Part shown: in pieces, positions 57,198-64,000 of the stretch | Layout of the letters: every line of letters begins with the position of its first letter | Numbering within the stretch: the stretch's first letter is position 1 | NCBI GenBank assembly: GCA_012295275.1 | Contig: CM022672.1 | Span: 13,392,001-13,456,000, forward strand | Origin: Chrysomallon squamiferum | Lineage: Eukaryota > Animalia > Mollusca | Length of the DNA stretch: 64,000 bases | Direction: 5' to 3' | Notes under the pieces: model-generated | Databases searched by the model: none | Seen by the model: the letters and a program-made list of their open reading frames with translations, nothing else | Told to the model about the DNA's origin: nothing | Translations under genes and position numbers: made by a program

Positions 57198-57506
57198 TAA
57201 ATGACTGGAAACTTCTCTGTCAAATATTTGGTTAGTGTACACAATTCTGTTTCAAGCAACTAAAATTTCAAGCTTATCTACATTCACTAATGTACAGGAT
57301 TTCAATTTTTTTTATTTTTTTTTGAGTTGGTTTTTTCCTTTTTAAAAAATCCATTTGAACCCAAAAGTTAAATATTTTCCAGTTCTGTTAAATAACAGGT
57401 ATCTGTAAAAATTAAACTGCAAGGTTCTGCCATTAACATTACAACATAAAAATACAGAATGAGTTGGTTTGATGGTGCTGAAAATGCCGCCTTTAGGGAT
57501 AAAAGT

Positions 57507-60500
57507 TCATTTCCTGCCACGTCGAGCTTTGCCTCTGCGTGTTCCTCTTCCTTTCGAGGGAGATGTTTCTTCAGTATCTTCTGCCAAAATTGCATTTTCT
57601 GCTTCCATTTCTTCAACACCTGTTTCATGGTCACCGGCTTCTGCATCTTGAAGAAGTTCATCCTCAGCAAAGTCAGCTACAACTCCATCACCCCCTTCGC
57701 CATGTTCAAGATGATCACCATCACCTTTGCATTCACCATCTCGTCCAACATCACCTTCTCCATTCTGATTTTCCTCGTGTGAAGTTTCCATCTCCTCAGC
57801 CTAAACAATTAACATTCAAATAATATAATAAATAATAAGCATAAAAAACAGAAATATTTTTAAAATTATTCACATTTTGGTGCTTTCTGTTACAATGAAA
57901 CAGATTGTCAGAAATAAAAAGCACTTCATATTTTTATGTACTAAACATTATACTTCTTACAACAAATTAAAGTCACTGACTTTGTGCAGTCTTAGTTAGT
58001 ATATACTTTATCCTTGTTGCAAAGAAACCTAAATGATCAAAACGTAAAAATAAGTGACTGTACCTCTGCATCTGGCTCAATTTCTCCCATTTCAATACGA
58101 GTGGTTTTCACAATAGCATCCTGAATTTCTTCAAACTGGGCACTAGATTCCAGCTGTTCCTCCTTAACTCTCTAAAAAAAGAAAAGGCATTTTAAAATGA
58201 TGACATGACATCCATATTTTTTTTTTTTTGTCATAGGATTTGGAGAAATTTTGGGCTGTGTCAGAGAAAAGGTTATTTGTTGTATGTATTATATAATAGT
58301 AGTTTACTGGAATATTTCATGGTTTGTTATTACCTTTTGCTGCATAATAAAGTATCTCAAAACATCTCTAGATGCCCTGACAATTTCTCATTCTTTAAAT
58401 TAAGGTAAATTACAGATAGCATAAAATAATAACGCTACTATACAAAATAACACTACACCTAAATGATTTCAGTGAAATATAATTTTTAAAATGACTTCTT
58501 GACCTTAAAGTTGAAAACAAATGGTATCAAAATATACACAAGACAAACCTTCCAGTTTCTATAGTGGTTCTCAGAGCTGCAGTGAAATTTCAGCGTATCA
58601 TATCGCTTTCGGTAATATTTCTTGCAAACTTTGCAGTAGTATCCCAAGATTGGCATCATCTCATCCTCACCTATAAAGATCAATGTAAAATGTATGTTCA
58701 TCTAATCCAACAGATAAATTTGCTATACAAAAAACTGAAAGTGATGTTTATAAAACAATAGTTGGAGATTACCTCCACTGACTTCTGGATGATACTGAAG
58801 ATCAAAGGAATATTAATATTGAAATTTTTTGTAAATCTAGTTGGTAGCTGATGTTAATAGAATGATACAAATGTAAATTCTGTAACATACCGTAAGTCTT
58901 GCCTTTGCTGAACAGTGGAATTTCCACCTGTGAAAATAAAAAGATATATATTTTACAACAAACCAGTTCTGTTTTCTTATCTATGTAGCCGTGCTCTCTA
59001 TAATAAACAGTTATTTTTATTTATGAAAAAATGTTGGACTTTCATCATTAAAAACAAAAACTAATGGAAGAAAACAAAAAACAAATGGTAATAATAGCAT
59101 CTGTGGAGCTGTATCACTTGAGTTCAATACAAATGAAAAATATTCTACTTTCAAAAGTGAATTTATTATTTTTGTCTTAACTGTTTTTCATTTTGTAACT
59201 ATAATCATGTTAAAGGAAAAATGACAATTTTCTTCTTGTATACACTAACCTTATTTTCTGTCACTTTGACAGTTCTTTCCCGCCCAGATTTTACATTGTT
59301 CTCCTTCTCTTTCTGTAAGTGGAAGAAAACAAATATGAAAATGTGCTGAAAACTTAACACTTAATAAATTAAGAATCTTTTCCAGTTATAATTTCATCAC
59401 TCAACCAATGACAATAAAACAGAATTTTTTTCAAAATGAATAAATAAAAATATTATAATCTTGTTTCAATTTAAACAAACTATTAATCCAAGGTTTTTAA
59501 TGTGACTAATTATAAAATGAGTTGGGTGTAATAAATAAGCATATAATTAAATATCAATGACTTTTTCTTCAAGATTAAGCTATAAATTTTCTAACTAGAG
59601 GAAATTCCAACAGAAATTAAGTGTCAAACCAAGGACAAATTTAGACATAACTTCACTGAACTTGCCTCCTTATGCTCCTCAGTTGCACGATGCCGTAACA
59701 CTTCTGTGTAGGTGCTGAACTCTGGAATCTCACACCATGTACAACCTCGGGCAGACTGCTGACCCCGATACTAAACATTAAATAAAACAGATCTGTTACT
59801 GACATAAATGTACTTATGTAACAATACAACAATATTACTGTAAAGATGAATTTGTTAACTTGAAAACTGCACAGACTAGATAATCACTGTTGTTCCCCCA
59901 TCTTTTTCCATTAAACATTATGACACCATCACACTCTTTGGAAAACAAATGAACGAATGAACATTTTCATTACCTCATAATTAAAAATAAAAACTTTACC
60001 CAGTTCACTGAGAGAATTCGTAGTTAAAAATATTCAGTAATTCTAGTAAGGATTTAGTTATTATTTTGTGAGATGGAAAAACGTATCTACCCACACCCAA
60101 AATAGTTAGAAACTTACCTTATGGAGTGTCTCACGGACATGGTCATCTTCTGTACCAGCATATGGAATGTCACACACTGAACAGAATTCACTCCTAGTGA
60201 ACACAAATGTAAAAATAAATCATAAATCTATATTATCATGCAAGCTGATATTTAAAAAAAAATAGAAGCAACAATATTCTGTTAAATGGGCCAAACCAAG
60301 ATTAAAATGATTTCAAAATGCACTTGTATCTTTAAATGAAATAAAACATTTTTAAACTATGTAACAAAATGAAGTAATTTATGTAATCCTTAAATCGGTA
60401 CCCACAAAATAAATAATGTATATACAAAAAAAATAATAATAAAATACATAAATTTAAAAAAATAATTTATTTATCTTTTTATTTGAATTATTACTTCTAG

Positions 60501-63500
60501 GGAAATAAAAAACTTACTGTTCTGCTTTAAGTTCCTCCTGCCTCTCTATTCGTTTCAGAATTTCTTTTATTTCCTCATCATCTGTCTTTTCTTTCAGCTC
60601 ATTATATTTTTCTTTGTGCTGTTCAGTCTCATTATGTTCATTAATCAGCTGTTGATTTTAAAAAGTTTGTAACAACATGGAATGATAATATATGAATAGA
60701 TATTTGCTTTTTTTCTTTCGTATTGCTGTATCTTTTAAATTATTATATTTTATTTATAACTGAATTTACAATGAACCAGCTACAAGTGTAGTTACAAGTT
60801 TGACAAAACTAAAATGGTTATTTGTAACTAACCTTCAGAGTGGCCAATTCTTCATCACAAGCAAAGCAATAGGTCACAGATTTATCAACCTCCACAACAG
60901 ACTAAAGAAATGTAAACAAAAATTAAACATTTTTAAAATTTTATACTAATGCACAAAAATGGATTTAATAATATTGTTAGTTTCTTTGTTGAGTTAACTA
61001 TTACTAGCATGCAAATGAAATGTGGTGAGTAAGTACTTTAGACAAACAAAACATAATCTTAATATTTAATAATATATTTTGAATTATTAAGCCCAGCTGA
61101 TAGAAAAGTTACAGAATCATTGATATTTGTATACCTTCTTGATAATAAAGTTTAACTGGTAATCAAGTTTGTAAAATTTTACTAGTACTTGTCATTATAT
61201 AGATCTTGTTTTCTACAAAATGTTCAACTTACATCATCAATTATGACCTTGACCTCCTTTCCTTCTTCATTAACACGTTTCTCAATACGAGTTCCACTTA
61301 TCTTGCGACCCTTCTTAATCATATTCTGCAATTAAAAATAGAAATCGGTGAATTTAAAATGTATTACAAAATGGTATCGTTTTCACAGTAATGTATTATC
61401 CAATTTTAGCAATATACAATAAATGGAAAATAAAATTTAAAAACAAAATAGAATCAGAAATGAGAAAAAAATCTTACCTCAATGTGTTCTCTAGAATTTC
61501 GATGCTGCAGAACATGACTTGCATCATCAAACTTGTTTAGCTCACACCAACCACAGCCTTTATCCACCTGTTCCTTGCAGAACTAAAAGTTAGAATAAGG
61601 AACAATTACTAATATTTCACAATAATGTCTAACTGAACGTCTGTTAATCCCCACCAAAAGTTTAATATAAAAAATATCTTAAAGATATGTAAAATGATTA
61701 AACGTTAACCATTCAAAAGAAAAATCTATCAGACATAGAAACAATTATTAAAAATCGATGAAATGGTCACCATAAAAATCAGCAAGTGCACATTATTTTT
61801 ATACTTAAAAGTTAATTTAAATAAAGCTACTTACATTATGTCTATCTGATCGTTCATGTTCTCGAACAGTTCCTGAGTAGTTGACGTCACAAATCTTACA
61901 TTCTTCAGTTCTGAAATAATTTGCAGGATTTGAAATAACAATTTAAACAAATTCATACTACTGTAAGCACTATGTAGAACTGAAAACTTCAAGGTTAAAA
62001 AAGAAAAGGGACGAAAAAAATGACCAAAAACATTCCAACAACAACAACAGAGGACCGAAGAAGAAATTTGTTTCTGTAAATCTATTCCCAAGATATAAAC
62101 AACGTAATCCAAAATAATATTATGAAACATTTCCCCTCCCCTCAAAAAGCATTTTCTCATTTCAACCGCTGTTATCTTTATACTGAACCAAAAATTAAAT
62201 TGCTAAAACTCAAAGAAAAAGAGAGTGAATAGTCAATTAGCACTTACAATCCAGTTTTCAATTCCTCTATGTGTGCCATTTTTTCCAGTAATCTCTTGTT
62301 TGTAGGTTCCTCGGGATCTGCTTCTACTTCTGCCATTTTTTCCTTATGTTTTACATCTTCCAGATGTAAATCAAACATCTAACACAGGAAAATAATAATT
62401 ACATTTAAAAACAATTCTTTCATGGTTATCATTGCACATTTGGTTTAAAATATTAATTGAAAAAAATTAATTATAATACCTTTCAATTAAACCAATCAAT
62501 ATTTCTGTCCTAGCAAAAAAAGCACTAGTGCAGCTTTTATTCTATTTTAAACTTCTGACAATAACATAAGAGACACAAACTAAAAATGTACATGATAAAA
62601 AGATATTTAGTAACTACACATTTTAATGTCAGGTACTTGCCTTTCTGGTATACATTTCTATGTCACAAACATGACAGTATGTTGTAGCCTTATTGTGGTC
62701 CAGAATCTGTTTTAAAAAATAAACAGCATTCTTAGTGTTATATGTAATATCTAACATGTTTAAACATGATTTTATTTTCTTCAAAATAAAGTTCTGCTTT
62801 AACAGAAAGATAGTAAATGTTAATTACTACAAGGAAAACTGATTTTGTTAGCTTTTATTCAGATCCTGATCTTTTTATATGGATTAGGTCATAATGTATC
62901 AGAGTTAAATTTAATTTTGAGAAAACAGATGTGGATACATTAAAAGTATTAATAATAAAAGTTCTGAAAACTTGAAAATAAAAATAAGTTTACTTACTGG
63001 AGGAGTAAATTTTCCTTTGCTTCCAGCTAAAAACAAGAAAAATAAATAAAATATTTTAATTTAAATGAAACATGAAAGAAAACAAGGAAAGGCAAAAATC
63101 CTCAACTACTTTTTAAAGCCAAAATGTTTAATTTCACGGACTGTTTTTAAATTTTCAGCACTTTATATTACACTAAATTTAGTTATTTTACATTTCACCT
63201 TAGTTTCTTTCAATGAAAAGGGAATAATTTTCAGTTTCAAAAGCAGTGGAGAACACATTTTTTCTCTCCATTCTCTCAGCTTATTTACAAATTTTGGCTT
63301 TACATGCCTATTTTTCAAACTGGTACCACGTTCCAAACAGCCTTATGACAGGTTTTGATGACAAGGTTGTACGTCATTTCAAGACGCCACAATGAAATGA
63401 AATAAGGGTTTTGCGGCTTCAGACAGCAGTTGCATCAGCCAGCCGCATACCAAATATAATACCTGCTTTACTACGATCGTTTCCTCTACTATCTCGACTT

Positions 63501-63547
63501 CTTTGACGTCCCGTATTTCGAGAATCACTTCGGTATCCGCCATAAGG
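57507..63547 (-). CDS. matrin/U1-type zinc-finger protein C (paralog of A/B), 5' end beyond the window, about 529 aa visible; exons in transcript order 63547-63463, 63026-62998, 62706-62641, 62378-62248, 61910-61835, 61582-61478, 61325-61233, 60901-60833, 60648-60518, 60193-60118, 59770-59666, 59312-59250, 58927-58891, 58670-58549, 58171-58064, 57800-57507
   Basis: Continuous frame using two GC donors. RS exon (GRQRSRDSR). Seven fingers: CHVC, CKIC, CGWC, CFAC, CSVC, CTWC and matrin GYYCKVCKKYY..FHCSSENH. Acidic tail ending KGRGTRRGKARRGRK. Confidence 0.86.
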
Positions 63548-64000
63548 CTGAAATCATTCCAAAATTTGCACAGAGGTTCAAAATGAGTCAAAGAAAAGCC
63601 ATCAAAATAGGCTAATGCTTTGACTGGTGAACACAAGTCAATGTGGAAACACAGTTCAGCAAAATATCCAACAAAGGGATAACAAATAGCTGGAACAAAC
63701 ACACTGAAAAATCATAGTATGGTTAGTACAGTATAACAAATATGAAAGGTCAAATGACATGTGGCTTTTTCAAAGCTGACCATTATGCAATGATATTTTT
63801 AGTCCTAATTGCATATTAATAATGCAATGTAGCATCACAGGGTGCATATTATTCTTGTTTACCTAACAATATAAATGTACTTGAATTGATATATTTATCA
63901 AGCTGCAAAAAAGTACATGCAAACCTAAATATTAAAGTTACAAATAATAATTTAAACAGTGCTTAAATGATGTGTACTCCAATGTTATTTTAAATTCCTG

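Noticed and set aside
63379-63702. 107-aa minus-strand ORF in the track
   Set aside because: The real exon (63547-63463) is read in another frame that joins the downstream exons and matches gene A's RS exon.

Overview
AT-rich, microsatellite-dense animal genomic DNA with spliceosomal introns. A degenerate Meta-type SINE and the invertebrate form of U2 suggest an invertebrate, possibly a mollusc (inference). Left half (1-29 kb): the last four coding exons of an S1-family serine protease with a non-trypsin S1 pocket, spread over 28 kb. Its 17.8-kb intron carries an intact antisense U2 snRNA gene, a Tc1/pogo-type MITE and many simple repeats. Right half (34-64 kb): three paralogous genes for U1/matrin-type C2H2 zinc-finger proteins (Matrin-3/CIZ1/Pep-like C-terminal finger). 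A (+) has 4 fingers, B (+) has 3 and C (-, 5' end outside the window) has at least 7. They share exon lengths and phases and differ by loss or duplication of finger exons. A single-exon DHHC palmitoyltransferase (ZDHHC24-like) sits between A and B. Possible splicing-regulatory features are two GC-AG introns and a K-turn-like hairpin in C, a candidate poison exon in B, and a tandemly amplified splice acceptor in the protease gene. Exon models were built by hand from splice signals and frame continuity; no database search was run.
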